This document shows, one piece after another, positions 9,022-19,340 of a DNA stretch of 64,000 nucleotides. This DNA is from Acidobacteriota bacterium. GTDB lineage: Bacteria > Acidobacteriota > UBA6911 > RPQK01 > JACQSY01. The DNA is taken from contig JACQSY010000005.1 in assembly GCA_016211085.1 (NCBI GenBank), positions 2,599-66,598 on the forward strand. Direction: 5' to 3'. A program made the position numbers and the translations under genes. The notes below the pieces were generated by a model, which saw only the letters and a list, made by a program, of their open reading frames with translations, did no database searches and was not told the DNA's origin. Within the stretch, counting starts at the first letter, position 1; every line of letters begins with the position of its first letter.

Positions 9022-9606
9022 ATGGACAACACGATCGAAGATCGCATGAATGAGTTTATCCGCAGAAAGCTGCGGGCTATCCGTAAGGAAAAAAAGCTTT
9101 CCATACGGCAGGTGGCAGTTCTCAGCGACATTCCGGAAAGCTCCTATTCCTGCCTGGAACTGGGCTACCATCGGCTCACGCTTAGCAATCTTTACAAGAT
9201 CGTCACCGCTCTCGGCGTTTCCGTTACTGATGTCTGGCCTTATGAAATCGAGCAGGTGCGGCCGGCTGCCTCAACCCTCCCGCTGGTCGACCCGAACACG
9301 GTGAGCTACTTCCGATTCAGGGAGCTATTTACTCTGACCGACGCGCGGGCCGGCGCTCTGGTAAGACGAGAAAAGAAAGACAGTCAAATCCTATATGCCT
9401 TCAACTTGAAGGAAGCGGAGAAAAAAGCTCTGCAAAGCTGGCAATTGGCCCCGTTATCACAGGGCTGGCGAGTTTACAAGAAGAGTGCGGGTGACTTGGA
9501 AATTTACTGCTGTCTAAAAGAAGCCTTTATGGAGGATTATCTGAAAAAGCTCCTTACCATCTATATGGATTTGTGGCTGGCGACCTTTTTGGCCCACCCA
9601 GTCTAA
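9022..9606 (+). CDS. XRE-family helix-turn-helix transcriptional regulator with an uncharacterised roughly 120-aa C-terminal domain
   Basis: KLRAIRKEKKLSIRQVAVLSDIPESSYSCLELGYHRLTLSNLYKIVTALGVSVTDVW is a canonical Cro/C1-type HTH. ATG 9022 lies inside ORF 9010..9606. Confidence 0.8.
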   Translation: MDNTIEDRMNEFIRRKLRAIRKEKKLSIRQVAVLSDIPESSYSCLELGYHRLTLSNLYKIVTALGVSVTDVWPYEIEQVRPAASTLPLVDPNTVSYFRFRELFTLTDARAGALVRREKKDSQILYAFNLKEAEKKALQSWQLAPLSQGWRVYKKSAGDLEIYCCLKEAFMEDYLKKLLTIYMDLWLATFLAHPV

Positions 9607-10013
9607 GTACCGGCCTTTTTCACCATCAGCAACTCAATACCTACCAGCACACGCAGGTCGTCAACACTTGAGTAGAATTTGTTCTTAAGAATCATCACGC
9701 CGTAAAAGAACCTGAACAAACAATAGTAAAAGGACGCTTGGAAACCTAAACCCAGCGCAGCCAGCTCGTCCATGTCCTGCTTTAAAGTCCCTGCATAACT
9801 CAGGAACAAATGATCGCGATACTTCTTGTTGTTTTGTGAGAGATATTTGTAGTCAGGACTCTCCAAAATGCGCAAGACGTGCAGCAGGTACAAATTTTTC
9901 TGTCTTAGAAAATTCAGGTCTACGTGCTGCGGTTCTATTCGGTTTAAAAAATTCAGCAGCAGCAACAACAATAACAGCAATGCCGACGCGAAGATGATTA
10001 GAATTGGAATCAT
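9603..10013 (-). CDS. hypothetical membrane-anchored protein
   Basis: 136 aa. N-terminal TM MIPILIIFASALLLLLLLLLNFL. 4-nt overlap with the upstream gene. A+T-richer than its surroundings. Confidence 0.5.
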   Translation of the reverse strand: MIPILIIFASALLLLLLLLLNFLNRIEPQHVDLNFLRQKNLYLLHVLRILESPDYKYLSQNNKKYRDHLFLSYAGTLKQDMDELAALGLGFQASFYYCLFRFFYGVMILKNKFYSSVDDLRVLVGIELLMVKKAGT

Positions 10014-10729
10014 CGCACGGACCTCGCAGCGCGCCTGAAATTCGCTTCAATTGCTGCCAGCTCATCCACGATTTCAGGCTGAATAGCACGAGGCAAGTCG
10101 AGTCGATCCATGTACCAGACGTACATCGCGAACGGAATGACTCCCATTGCCTGAAGCAACAAAGCAAAATACTCGTGGGGAACGTAGTGAAATAATCGCA
10201 GACCGTAGTTACAGGCCTGAAGGCTGATCATCAGCGACAACCCATACAAAATTCCCGAAAAGTTACGCCCCAGGTAAATCCTTCGGTTCTTGTGAAGCTG
10301 GAGATGGATCAACAGGCAAAACAAGACCTGAAAATAAAGCGCGATGGTATTGAAAACCAAATACACTTCGCGTTCGTGCTGGGCAGCCGAATACCAGCTC
10401 ATCAGTCCGGTAAATCCCAGGAGAAAGAACCAATGCAGGCGGTCCGAAGAAGATTTAACCTGATAGTAAATCTCGGTCAACAGGAGAATTTGGGCTAACG
10501 GCGTCACAAATCCCGAGGTGTAATAAAAATGGTAGTAAACAGGTGAGCTATAACCGAAGTAAAAAAGAACCCCCCAGCGAGCAAGGTCACGAACCAGACA
10601 CCACAGCAAAAAACCGTAAAAGAAGGGAAAATGCCCTAAAAGGTCGCGCCGCCGGCCGACAGCCAGCAAGTAAACGTAGATGGCAAGCGAGGTAATGCTG
10701 ATAAGGTACTGGGAGAGCGTGAGCTTCAT
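10010..10729 (-). CDS. hypothetical polytopic membrane protein (about 6-7 TM)
   Basis: 239 aa, aromatic-rich hydrophobic segments throughout. No family recognised. Lies directly downstream of rplQ on the same strand. Confidence 0.55.
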   Translation of the reverse strand: MKLTLSQYLISITSLAIYVYLLAVGRRRDLLGHFPFFYGFLLWCLVRDLARWGVLFYFGYSSPVYYHFYYTSGFVTPLAQILLLTEIYYQVKSSSDRLHWFFLLGFTGLMSWYSAAQHEREVYLVFNTIALYFQVLFCLLIHLQLHKNRRIYLGRNFSGILYGLSLMISLQACNYGLRLFHYVPHEYFALLLQAMGVIPFAMYVWYMDRLDLPRAIQPEIVDELAAIEANFRRAARSVR

Positions 10730-10813
10730 TTTGTGTCTGATTATCTCACGGTTTTAAAGGACTTTTTCGATTTTTTTAGAAGCCCCGATCCACCTCGCCG
10801 GCAACGGCTTTTT

Positions 10814-11326
10814 TTACCCTGATTTCTTTTCCTTTGCTCTTTTCTTTCCGGGAGCTTTTTCAGGTGTCTGTTTCTTTTGGGTTTTTTGAGAGGAAGACTT
10901 CTTGACTGGGGTTTTCGCCTTTTTCTCCTGCTTTGCTTTTTCTCCTTTTTTCCCGGTCTTGGGTTGATACTCACTCCCCAAAAGCTGGATCATGGCGATT
11001 TCAGCACTGTCGCCGCGGCGGTAACCGAGCCGGATGATGCGGGTATAACCGCCATTGCGATCGGAAAAACGAGGCGCCAGGGTTTCGAACAGCTTGCGAA
11101 CCACCTCTTTTTTTCGGATGGTGGCCAGGGCACGTCGGCGGGCGTGCAGCGTTTCGCGCTTGCCCAAAGTAATCATTTTCTCGGCCAGCGGCCTGAGCTC
11201 CTTTGCTTTGGGAACCGTAGTAACAATAGACTCTTTGTCGAGGAGTTCTGTAACCAGGTTGCGCAGCAGCGCCAGGCGATGGCTTGTGGTTCTCCCGAGC
11301 TTCCTTTGGCCCCAGCGATGTCTCAT
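10814..11326 (-). CDS. rplQ: 50S ribosomal protein L17 with Lys-rich C-terminal extension
   Basis: [24 protein letters not shown].. is the canonical L17 N-terminus. About 50 extra residues follow ([21 protein letters not shown]...). Position after rpoA. Confidence 0.95.
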   Translation of the reverse strand: MRHRWGQRKLGRTTSHRLALLRNLVTELLDKESIVTTVPKAKELRPLAEKMITLGKRETLHARRRALATIRKKEVVRKLFETLAPRFSDRNGGYTRIIRLGYRRGDSAEIAMIQLLGSEYQPKTGKKGEKAKQEKKAKTPVKKSSSQKTQKKQTPEKAPGKKRAKEKKSG

Positions 11327-11370
11327 GAAATCACCTCTTCAACAGCAAGGTTGGGGGGGGTGGTTTCCCC

Positions 11371-12357
11371 TTATCCTTCTACCGCCTGCCTAACCGGCCG
11401 GCCCTTCTCATCCAATTTCATTCCGAAGGAAAGCCCCATTTCGCTTAGAATCTCTTTAATCTCGTTAAGCGACTTGCGGCCAAAATTCTTGGTCTTGAGC
11501 ATCTCTCCTTCAGTCTTGGTCACCAGTTCACCGATGGTGCGAATATTGGCGTTTTTCAGGCAATTATAAGAGCGGACTGAGAGCTCCAACTCCTCAACCA
11601 ACTTGTTCAGATTCTCGTTGATGGTGGCCAGATCGCCCTCTTCCTCCTGCTCCCCGGTCTCTGCCTCTTCCTCAAAATTAATAAAGATGTACATGTGATC
11701 CTTCAGGATTTTTGAAGCCTGGGCGACGGCGTCCTGAGGACGCACACAGCCGTTGGTCCACACGTCCAGATTGAGACGATCGTAGTCCGTAGCCTGACCC
11801 AGACGCGCCGCTTCAACATAAAAGTTGACTTTCTTCACGGGAGAGTGAACCGAGTCGATGGGAATGTATCCGACGGCAAGATCCTCATCGAAGTTCTCGT
11901 CAGCGGGAACGTACCCACGGCCGAGTTTGACCCGCAACTCAATCTTCAGGCTGGCGCCTTCCCCCACGGTGGCGATAGGCAGGTCCGGATTCAGAATTTC
12001 CACGTCAGGATCCGGTTTGATGTCTCCGGACTTCAGAAGACCGTGCTCTTTCGATTCGAGATAAAGGGTCTTGGGGTGGTCCACGTTGAGCTTGATGGGG
12101 ATTTGCTTGATGTTCATGACGATGTCGGTCACGTCCTCACGAACACCGGGGATCGATGAGAACTCATGTAGAATACCCTCGATCTTGACTGCCGTGACGG
12201 CGGCTCCCTCAATAGAGGAAAGCAAGATACGGCGCAACGCATTACCGATGGTGGTTCCGAACCCTCTCTCAAATGGCTGGGCATAAAAATGCCCGAACAC
12301 CGGTGTGAGGGTTTCCATATCGGTGGCAAGTCTTTTCGGTTTTTGAAAAGCCTTCAT
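11371..12357 (-). CDS. rpoA: DNA-directed RNA polymerase subunit alpha
   Basis: 328 aa. [27 protein letters not shown] and the C-terminal domain [23 protein letters not shown]. Confidence 0.97.
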   Translation of the reverse strand: MKAFQKPKRLATDMETLTPVFGHFYAQPFERGFGTTIGNALRRILLSSIEGAAVTAVKIEGILHEFSSIPGVREDVTDIVMNIKQIPIKLNVDHPKTLYLESKEHGLLKSGDIKPDPDVEILNPDLPIATVGEGASLKIELRVKLGRGYVPADENFDEDLAVGYIPIDSVHSPVKKVNFYVEAARLGQATDYDRLNLDVWTNGCVRPQDAVAQASKILKDHMYIFINFEEEAETGEQEEEGDLATINENLNKLVEELELSVRSYNCLKNANIRTIGELVTKTEGEMLKTKNFGRKSLNEIKEILSEMGLSFGMKLDEKGRPVRQAVEG

Positions 12358-12426
12358 TGAGTTTTGTCTCCGTTTTTAAGCAAAGATAATGCAGACCCAA
12401 AGCCGGGCGTACGGCTCGGATCAAAC

Positions 12427-13056
12427 TTATTTTGAATAAAGTTCGACGATGAGCGACTCCTCGATGGGGAGCTGGATTTCGTCGCGTCGGGGGATTTCCA
12501 GAAAGGTTCCCTTGAAATTATCTCGATCCAGGCTCAACCATGCGGGCACTCCCCGGCCCGTTACCTCTTCCAGCGAGGCCAAAATGAAGGCATTCTTCTG
12601 GCTCTTGGGACGAATGGAGATTTCGTCTCCCTTTTTCAACAAATAAGAGGGAATGTCGACCTTTTGGCCATTGACCAGCAAGTGGCCATGGCAGACCAGT
12701 TGTCGTGCCTGTTTTCGAGATGACGCGAAACCCAGCCGGTAGACGGTATTGTCGAGTCGCCGCTCCAGGAACTGCAGCAACAGCTCGCCCGTAATACCTT
12801 TCATGCGGGCGGCACGTTCAAAATACCGGTGGAACTGGTCTTCCAGGATTCCGTATATTCGCTTGACCTTTTGCTTCTCGCGAAGCTGCAGTCCGTAACC
12901 GATGGTTTTACTGCGCAGATTCCTGCCATGCTCGCCGGGAACGAAATTTCTTTTCTCGATGGCGCATTTGTCGGTGTAGCAGCGCTGACCCTTGAGAAAC
13001 AATTTCATGCCTTCACGCCGGCACAATCTGCAAACAGGACCTGTATAACGAGCCAA
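12427..13056 (-). CDS. rpsD: 30S ribosomal protein S4 (TTG start)
   Basis: (M)[34 protein letters not shown] at 13056 is preceded by GGAGGAG. The longer track ORF to 13191 is upstream read-through. Confidence 0.93.
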   Translation of the reverse strand: MARYTGPVCRLCRREGMKLFLKGQRCYTDKCAIEKRNFVPGEHGRNLRSKTIGYGLQLREKQKVKRIYGILEDQFHRYFERAARMKGITGELLLQFLERRLDNTVYRLGFASSRKQARQLVCHGHLLVNGQKVDIPSYLLKKGDEISIRPKSQKNAFILASLEEVTGRGVPAWLSLDRDNFKGTFLEIPRRDEIQLPIEESLIVELYSK

Positions 13057-13078
13057 TGTTCTCCTCCTGCCTAAATGC

Positions 13079-13489
13079 TTACACTCGGCGCCGCTTCGGC
13101 GGGCGGCAACCGTTATGGGGAATAGGGGTGACGTCGGTGATGGAACGGACTTCCAGCCCGGCCGACTGCAAGGAACGAATGGCGGATTCACGCCCTGCGC
13201 CGGGGCCCTTCACACGTACATCACAGAATTTCATTCCAAACTGATCCCGAGCCGCTGCCGCGGCGGTTTGCGCCGCCTGGGAGGCTGCGAAAGGCGTCCC
13301 CTTGCGGCTCCCCTTAAAACCCTGCGCTCCAGCGCTCGAGGCAGTCAAAACGTTTCCTTCCAAATCGGTGATGCTGATCTGTGTATTGTTAAAGGTCGCC
13401 TGAATGTGGACGATTCCCTGCACCACCGTACGGCGCTCCTTCTTTTTGCCCGCTTTTTTCTTTGCAGTCTTCTTTGCAGTCTTTGCCAT
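13079..13489 (-). CDS. rpsK: 30S ribosomal protein S11
   Basis: [22 protein letters not shown]...[10 protein letters not shown]...[13 protein letters not shown]. Confidence 0.96.
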   Translation of the reverse strand: MAKTAKKTAKKKAGKKKERRTVVQGIVHIQATFNNTQISITDLEGNVLTASSAGAQGFKGSRKGTPFAASQAAQTAAAAARDQFGMKFCDVRVKGPGAGRESAIRSLQSAGLEVRSITDVTPIPHNGCRPPKRRRV

Positions 13490-13503
13490 AGGCCATCAAA
13501 TCC

Positions 13504-13884
13504 TTATCTGGTCGTGGTTTTCTTTTTCTTGATGCCACCCCTGCGCGGACCCTTACGGGTACGGGCGTTGGTGTGAGTCCTTTGGCCCCGGACCGGCAAG
13601 CCCCGACGGTGGCGCAGCCCACGATAACACCCAATATCCATCAGTCGTTTAATGGCAAGCTGCATCTCCTTGCGCAGGTCCCCCTCGATGCCCCCTTCCT
13701 CCTGAATGATGTCGCGAATCTTGGTAGCCTCTTCTTCCGTAAGGTCCTTCACCTTCCGGTTCGGATCCACTCCTGCTTGGTTTAGAATCCGCGTTGATCG
13801 AGACCGACCGATTCCGTAAATGTACGTGAGCCCTATCTGCACCCTCTTGTTATCCGGGATATTGACCCCCGCTATACGTGCCAT
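13504..13884 (-). CDS. rpsM: 30S ribosomal protein S13
   Basis: [30 protein letters not shown]. Confidence 0.96.
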   Translation of the reverse strand: MARIAGVNIPDNKRVQIGLTYIYGIGRSRSTRILNQAGVDPNRKVKDLTEEEATKIRDIIQEEGGIEGDLRKEMQLAIKRLMDIGCYRGLRHRRGLPVRGQRTHTNARTRKGPRRGGIKKKKTTTR

Positions 13885-13892
13885 AAGATTAC

Positions 13893-14006
13893 CTACCCTT
13901 GCCGCTGCTTATGCTTAGGATTGGAGCAGATGACTCGCACCACACCCTTGCGGCGGATGATCTTACACTTATCACAAATTTTCTTGACTGCTGCTCGAAC
14001 CTTCAT
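13893..14006 (-). CDS. rpmJ: 50S ribosomal protein L36 (Zn-ribbon form)
   Basis: Hand translation of the minus strand gives [37 protein letters not shown]. Not in the ORF track because it is under 60 aa. Confidence 0.93.
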   Translation of the reverse strand: MKVRAAVKKICDKCKIIRRKGVVRVICSNPKHKQRQG

Positions 14007-14036
14007 GATGACTGCTTAAGTTCCCTCGTCGCCGGA

Positions 14037-14255
14037 CTATTTGTACCGGTAAACAATACGCCCGCGGGTCAAATCGTAGGGCGAAAGCTCTACCTTGATT
14101 TTGTCTCCCGGCAATATGCGGATAAAATTCTTGCGCATCTTGCCAGAAATATGGGCCAGCACCTGATGCTTATTCTCCAGTTCCACTCGAAACATGGCAT
14201 TAGGCAGAGTTTCGATCACCGTCCCTACGACTTCAATCGGTTCTTCCTTTGCCAT
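14037..14255 (-). CDS. infA: translation initiation factor IF-1
   Basis: [51 protein letters not shown]. Confidence 0.97.
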   Translation of the reverse strand: MAKEEPIEVVGTVIETLPNAMFRVELENKHQVLAHISGKMRKNFIRILPGDKIKVELSPYDLTRGRIVYRYK

Positions 14256-14287
14256 ACGTGTTCTTACTGTGGTCCTCCTACCTACCT

Positions 14288-15043
14288 TTAATGGTCCAGC
14301 AAGCTTAAAATCCAGGGGCCATTTTCGGTGACCGCAACTGAATGTTCAAAATGAGCGCTGTAACCGCCGTCCGCAGTAATCACCGTCCATTGGTCTTCCA
14401 GGACTTTTACTTCTGAGCCCCGGGTATTCACCATCGGCTCAATCGCCAGCACCATTCCCTCAACCAGGCGCGGACCGCGTCCGGGCACCCCGTAGTTAGG
14501 AACCTGGGGCTCTTCATGGAGGGCTTTACCTATACCGTGGCCCACAAACTCGCGCACCACAGAAAAACCGTGACTCTCAACGTGCTTTTGAATGCTTGCC
14601 GAGATGTCGGAGACTCGATTCCCGATTCTCACCTGCTCGATTCCCAGGTACAGACTTTCTTCCGTAACTTTCAACAGCTTGTGAAGCTCGTCCGAAATCT
14701 CACCCACGGGAAAGGTCCACGCTGAGTCTCCATAAAAGCCCTTGTAATAGACTCCCAGGTCCAACCCCAGAACGTCTCCTGCCTGCAGCCGCCGCTGGTT
14801 AGGAATACCATGCACGATCTGGTCATTGACCGAGGCACACAACGTTGCCGGATAGCCGCGATAGCCCTTAAAGGCAGGTTTCCCCCCGGCCTTTAAGATC
14901 AGCTCCTCCGCGCACGAATCCAGCTGCGACGTTGTCACTCCGGGTTCAATCATTTTTCTCAAACGCTCAAGTACCGTAGCAACGATGAGATTGGCCTCTC
15001 TCATCTTTTCCAGTTCCATTTTGCTTTTGCAAACGATCATCAA
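14288..15043 (-). CDS. map: type I methionine aminopeptidase
   Basis: 251 aa, M24A motifs: [45 protein letters not shown]. Confidence 0.95.
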   Translation of the reverse strand: MMIVCKSKMELEKMREANLIVATVLERLRKMIEPGVTTSQLDSCAEELILKAGGKPAFKGYRGYPATLCASVNDQIVHGIPNQRRLQAGDVLGLDLGVYYKGFYGDSAWTFPVGEISDELHKLLKVTEESLYLGIEQVRIGNRVSDISASIQKHVESHGFSVVREFVGHGIGKALHEEPQVPNYGVPGRGPRLVEGMVLAIEPMVNTRGSEVKVLEDQWTVITADGGYSAHFEHSVAVTENGPWILSLLDH

Positions 15044-15079
15044 AAAAAGGACACAGGTCTCCCACTTGCTCCCTCCAAT

Positions 15080-15751
15080 CTAAGGGTGTGGGGAGGCCTG
15101 GTCACAAGCCTGATTAGTCACGATCCGGTACAAATCACCAAAAACGGAGTCGATCTCACGGCTTCCATCCAGCGAGGAGTAGGCCTCCTGTTGCTGGTAG
15201 TATCGGATCACCGGCTCGGTTTGGTTCCGGTAGACTCTGAGACGTTCCCGGACCACCTCATCGCGGTCGTCCGGACGCTGAATCAAGGGAGATCCGCACT
15301 GATCACAAATCCCCTCTCTCCCGGGAGGAGAAAAAAATACATTATAAATTCTACCACAGCCGGAACACGATCGCCTTCCGGTCAAACGCTTGACGAGCTG
15401 CTCCTCCTCGACCTCGATGTTGACCGCGCATATCTTTTTATTCCCCAGAACCTGGTCTAGGTAATCCGCCTGGTTCACCGTCCGGGGAAAACCATCCAGA
15501 ATCACTCCGCGGCTCTGCTGGCGGGAGAGACTCTCCTGGACTACCTGTGACATGAGCTGGTCTGGAACCAATTCGCCAGCCGCCATAATCTGGCCGACTT
15601 TCTTGCCCAGTTCTGTGTCTCGACGGACCGCGTCGCGCAAGATGTCCCCCGTGGAGACGTGCGCATAGTCCAGCTTATTTGCCAGGCGCTTGGCCTGCGT
15701 TCCTTTTCCGGCCCCGGGAGGACCCAGCAGTACAATAACTCGACAGCTCAT
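15080..15751 (-). CDS. adk: adenylate kinase (Zn-lid form)
   Basis: MSCRVIVLLGPPGAGKGTQAKRLA. Lid CSGCGRIYNVFFSPPGREGICDQCG. ATG 15751 lies inside ORF 15080..15781. Confidence 0.95.
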   Translation of the reverse strand: MSCRVIVLLGPPGAGKGTQAKRLANKLDYAHVSTGDILRDAVRRDTELGKKVGQIMAAGELVPDQLMSQVVQESLSRQQSRGVILDGFPRTVNQADYLDQVLGNKKICAVNIEVEEEQLVKRLTGRRSCSGCGRIYNVFFSPPGREGICDQCGSPLIQRPDDRDEVVRERLRVYRNQTEPVIRYYQQQEAYSSLDGSREIDSVFGDLYRIVTNQACDQASPHP

Positions 15752-15805
15752 AGCCAGAGTGAAGAGCCCACTAGTAAACAAGACACGAAATTATGGACGG
15801 CCTTC

Positions 15806-17212
15806 CTATCGCCTGCCCCGGATGCGCCCTTTCTTAAGAAATCCTTCGTAATGGCGCATGATCAGCTGGGATTCAATCTGCTGGACCGTATCCATGGCAA
15901 CCCCGACCACGATCAAAAGCGATGTTCCTCCGAAATAAAAAGACAGACCCAGGCCGGTCGTAATGAAATCGAGGTCATAGTTGTTAAGGAAGTTATCCAG
16001 AGCCTGTCCGATTCCGGGGATGGGCTGGACCTTGAAACCGGTGATCAGGAACTCGGGCAGCAAGGCGACGAGCACCAGATAGACGGCTCCAGCCGCCGTC
16101 AGTCGGCTTAGAACCCGGTCGATATGCTCCGCAGTACGTTTTCCAGGACGAATGCCCGGGATGAAGCCGCCATACTTACGAATGTTATCGGCCACTTCAT
16201 CCGGATTAAAGATGATGCTGACATAGAAAAAGCAGAAGAAGAAGATGCCGCCGATATAAAACACGTTGTAGAGGGGATAGCCCTGTTGCAGCTGTTGTGC
16301 CAACCCCTGCATCCAGTCTACATTGGGAAACACCAATCCGAGTGTTGAAGGAAAAGCAACGATGGACGCCGCAAAGATTACCGGAATGACGCCGCCGGAA
16401 TTGATCCGCAAGGGAAGGTGCGTCGACTGCCCGCCATACATTTTGCGTCCCACGACTCTCTTGGCGTACTGGATGGGGATCCGCCGCTGTCCTCGTTCCA
16501 CAAAAACGATTGCCGCCACCACCAGCACCATCATGATGACCAGCGCAAGGATGGTAAAGACGCTGCGTTCACCGCGGATCCAGTCTTGCCAAAGCGAAAC
16601 GGTAGCGGGAGGCAAACCCACCACGATACCGGCAAAGATGATGAGCGAAATGCCGTTGCCGATGCCTCGCTCGGATATCTGCTCGCCCACCCACATGACA
16701 AACGCCGTACCGGTAGTGAGCGTGAGCATGGTCATGACACGAAAACCCCATCCCGGGCTGGGAACGATGGGGGGAGTGGAAACGGTTCGTTCCAGAGCCA
16801 CTGCAGTCGCAAAACCCTGGAAGAGACTGAGCGCTACCGTGAGGTAGCGAGTATATTGAGTGATCTTCTTTCTTCCCAGCTCTCCTTCTTTGGAAAGTCT
16901 TTCCAGGTACGGCCAAACGACGGTAAGCAATTGCAGGATGATGGAGGCGGTAATGTAAGGAGTGATTCCCAGTGCAAACACCGATAGCCGGCTCAGGTTA
17001 CCTCCGGAAAAGATATCCAGAAATCCAAAAATAGTTCCGGATTGCTGATTAAAAAATTGTTGAAGGGCTGCGCTGTCGACGCCCGGAGTGGGGATCCAGC
17101 TGCCGACGCGATAGACGGCCAGGAACGAGAGCATGAAGAGGATGCGGCGACGCAGTTCGGGAATGTGGAAAATGTTGCGCACACTCCCCAACATGGGGGT
17201 AAAGTCTGCCAT
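15806..17212 (-). CDS. secY: preprotein translocase subunit SecY
   Basis: 468 aa polytopic protein. LGITPYITASIILQLL and FGGTSLLIVVGVAMDT. Position between rplO and adk. Confidence 0.97.
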   Translation of the reverse strand: MADFTPMLGSVRNIFHIPELRRRILFMLSFLAVYRVGSWIPTPGVDSAALQQFFNQQSGTIFGFLDIFSGGNLSRLSVFALGITPYITASIILQLLTVVWPYLERLSKEGELGRKKITQYTRYLTVALSLFQGFATAVALERTVSTPPIVPSPGWGFRVMTMLTLTTGTAFVMWVGEQISERGIGNGISLIIFAGIVVGLPPATVSLWQDWIRGERSVFTILALVIMMVLVVAAIVFVERGQRRIPIQYAKRVVGRKMYGGQSTHLPLRINSGGVIPVIFAASIVAFPSTLGLVFPNVDWMQGLAQQLQQGYPLYNVFYIGGIFFFCFFYVSIIFNPDEVADNIRKYGGFIPGIRPGKRTAEHIDRVLSRLTAAGAVYLVLVALLPEFLITGFKVQPIPGIGQALDNFLNNYDLDFITTGLGLSFYFGGTSLLIVVGVAMDTVQQIESQLIMRHYEGFLKKGRIRGRR

Positions 17213-17661
17213 CAGCCGATAACCTCAACACTACCGCCGGCACGCTCGATTTTTTGACGAGCCGACTGACTGAAATGATGCGCTCGCACCGTTAGTTTCT
17301 TATCCAGCTCTCCGCCTCCCAGAATTCGCACCCCATCTTTAGATTTCCGAACCAGGCGTTTTTCCAGCAGGAGTTCAGGGGAAATGGTGGTGCCATCTTC
17401 AAAATGGTTCAGGTCTCCGACGTTTAAGATGGCGTGCTCTTTGGCAAAGATATTTTTGAAACCGCGTTTGGGCACACGGCGATACAAAGGCATTTGGCCG
17501 CCCTCAAATCCGCTTCTCTGCGAAAAGCCGGAGCGCGATTTTTGCCCCTTCTCCCCTCGGGTGGCGGTCTTGCCGTGCCCGGACCCAGGTCCGCGCCCTA
17601 CGCGTTTCGGCTTTTTGTTGGTCCCCTTGGAAGGGCGCAACCCGTGCAAGTTCAAACTCAC
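17212..17661 (-). CDS. rplO: 50S ribosomal protein L15
   Basis: [34 protein letters not shown]. Confidence 0.96.
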   Translation of the reverse strand: MSLNLHGLRPSKGTNKKPKRVGRGPGSGHGKTATRGEKGQKSRSGFSQRSGFEGGQMPLYRRVPKRGFKNIFAKEHAILNVGDLNHFEDGTTISPELLLEKRLVRKSKDGVRILGGGELDKKLTVRAHHFSQSARQKIERAGGSVEVIG

Positions 17662-17852
17662 GATGTCTCTCCCTTGACCACTTTAACCAGGTGGGGAATG
17701 GTGGCGATCATTCCGCGAATCTGCGGCGTGTCATCTCTTACCACCACCTGTTTCAACTTTCTCAGACCCAGTCCCCGCAGAACTCGTTTGTGGTGCTCGC
17801 TGCAGCCGATGGCACTGCGAACATATTGAATGTGAATCTTCTCTTTCTTCAT
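17658..17852 (-). CDS. rpmD: 50S ribosomal protein L30
   Basis: [30 protein letters not shown]. Confidence 0.93.
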   Translation of the reverse strand: MKKEKIHIQYVRSAIGCSEHHKRVLRGLGLRKLKQVVVRDDTPQIRGMIATIPHLVKVVKGETS

Positions 17853-18346
17853 GAAAGCTCTTCGATGCTGATTCCGCGGACGCGAGCCACCTGCTGGCGG
17901 CTGCGCAGTTTGCTCAGGCCGGAAAAGGCTGCCTTGATCACGTTGTGAGGGTTGGCGGAACCAATCGACTTGGTAACCACGTCCTTAATGCCTGCCGATT
18001 CCATGACGGCTCGCACGGGGCCGCCGGCAATAATCCCGGTCCCCTCTTTGGCAGGTTTCAAAACCACCATACCGGAGCCGAAACGCCCCAGGACGTTATG
18101 GGGGATAGTGGAACCGCTCAGCGGGATTTCAATCATGCTCTTCTTGGCCTTTTCAATCCCCTTGCGTATCGCCTGAGGCACTTCCTTGGCTTTGCCCAGA
18201 CCGTAGCCCACGCGCCCTTTTTGATCTCCTACGACAACCAGGGCGCTGAAACTCAGGTTTTTCCCACCTTTGACTACTTTGGTGACACGGTTGATCGCCA
18301 CCACATGGTCTTTAAACTCAATCTCGTTGGTTTCGACGTTTGCCAT
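17849..18346 (-). CDS. rpsE: 30S ribosomal protein S5
   Basis: [49 protein letters not shown]. Confidence 0.96.
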   Translation of the reverse strand: MANVETNEIEFKDHVVAINRVTKVVKGGKNLSFSALVVVGDQKGRVGYGLGKAKEVPQAIRKGIEKAKKSMIEIPLSGSTIPHNVLGRFGSGMVVLKPAKEGTGIIAGGPVRAVMESAGIKDVVTKSIGSANPHNVIKAAFSGLSKLRSRQQVARVRGISIEELS

Positions 18347-18361
18347 ATTTTTTGCCAGTAT

Positions 18362-18727
18362 CTAAAACTTCAAACCCGCCTCGCGTGCCGATTCGGCCAG
18401 GGCCTTTATTCTGCCATGGTAGGCATATCCACCCCGGTCAAACACCACCTGTTCAATCCCTTTTTCACGGGCCCTGTCGGCGATGGCTTTGCCGACTTGC
18501 CGGGCGGCTGCAATGTTGCCTCCCTTGGGACTGCGGCCTTCCTGCAGCTTCAGCGTCGAAGCGGCGGCCAGAGTATGACCCGACAGATCGTCCACCACCT
18601 GAACGTAAATGTGTTTCAAGCTACGGAACACGCACAAGCGTGGCTTTTGGGCCGTCCCCATCAGGCGGTGGCGGATACGCCGGTGAATTTTTCTGCGTCG
18701 CTCGTCCTTGCTGGTCTGTATACGCAT
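18362..18727 (-). CDS. rplR: 50S ribosomal protein L18
   Basis: [32 protein letters not shown]...[26 protein letters not shown]. Confidence 0.96.
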   Translation of the reverse strand: MRIQTSKDERRRKIHRRIRHRLMGTAQKPRLCVFRSLKHIYVQVVDDLSGHTLAAASTLKLQEGRSPKGGNIAAARQVGKAIADRAREKGIEQVVFDRGGYAYHGRIKALAESAREAGLKF

Positions 18728-18736
18728 GCCTGAAGC

Positions 18737-19297
18737 CTAAGCTCCCTTCTTGCCTTCCTTCAGTTTGATCACCTCATTCGAGTAACGGATTCCCTTCCCC
18801 TTATATGAGTCAGGTGTGCGCAGCGAGCGAATATCCGCCGCGATTTGTCCTACGCGGTACTTGTCGATGCCGGTGATGACGACGGTGGCGGCATAATTCT
18901 GTATGACACGTGCGACGCGCTCCACCTTTATGGTGATTCCCTGAGGAACAGGAAACTCAATGGGGTGGGAATAACCCAGGCTAAGGTTCAGATATTTACC
19001 TTTCAATTCGGCTTTGTAACCAATGCCGACAATATCCAGTTCCTTTTGAAAACCCTGGGTGACGCCATGGATGGCATTGGCCAAAAGGGACCGTGTCAGG
19101 CCGTGCAGTGCCCGCTCATTTTTCTCGTCGCTTTGACGTTTGGTGACCAGATTTTCATCCTCCACCTCGGCAGAGATACCCGGAGGCAGTGGGTGTTCCA
19201 GTTTTCCTTTGGGACCTTCCACCAGGACGCGACCGTTATGAATTGAGACTTTCACTCCAGCCGGTATTTTTATCGGCTTTCGTCCAACACGAGACAT
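18737..19297 (-). CDS. rplF: 50S ribosomal protein L6
   Basis: MSRVGRKPIKIPAGVKVSIHNGRVLVEGPKGKL. Confidence 0.96.
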   Translation of the reverse strand: MSRVGRKPIKIPAGVKVSIHNGRVLVEGPKGKLEHPLPPGISAEVEDENLVTKRQSDEKNERALHGLTRSLLANAIHGVTQGFQKELDIVGIGYKAELKGKYLNLSLGYSHPIEFPVPQGITIKVERVARVIQNYAATVVITGIDKYRVGQIAADIRSLRTPDSYKGKGIRYSNEVIKLKEGKKGA

Positions 19298-19340
19298 TTA
19301 AAATTCCCTCTTAGCGGGCGCTACGCAAGCGCTGACTGAC

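Noticed and set aside
10790-10816. Hairpin GCCGGCAACGGC plus T7 at the rplQ stop as the alpha-operon terminator.
   Set aside because: The T-run follows the hairpin only on the plus strand. On the coding (minus) strand an A-run precedes it, so it would not terminate rplQ transcription.
12427-13191. The 254-aa extended version of rpsD.
   Set aside because: The extra N-terminus overlaps the rpsK 3' end and is not S4-like. A TTG at 13056 with a GGAGGAG SD gives the canonical MARYTGP start.
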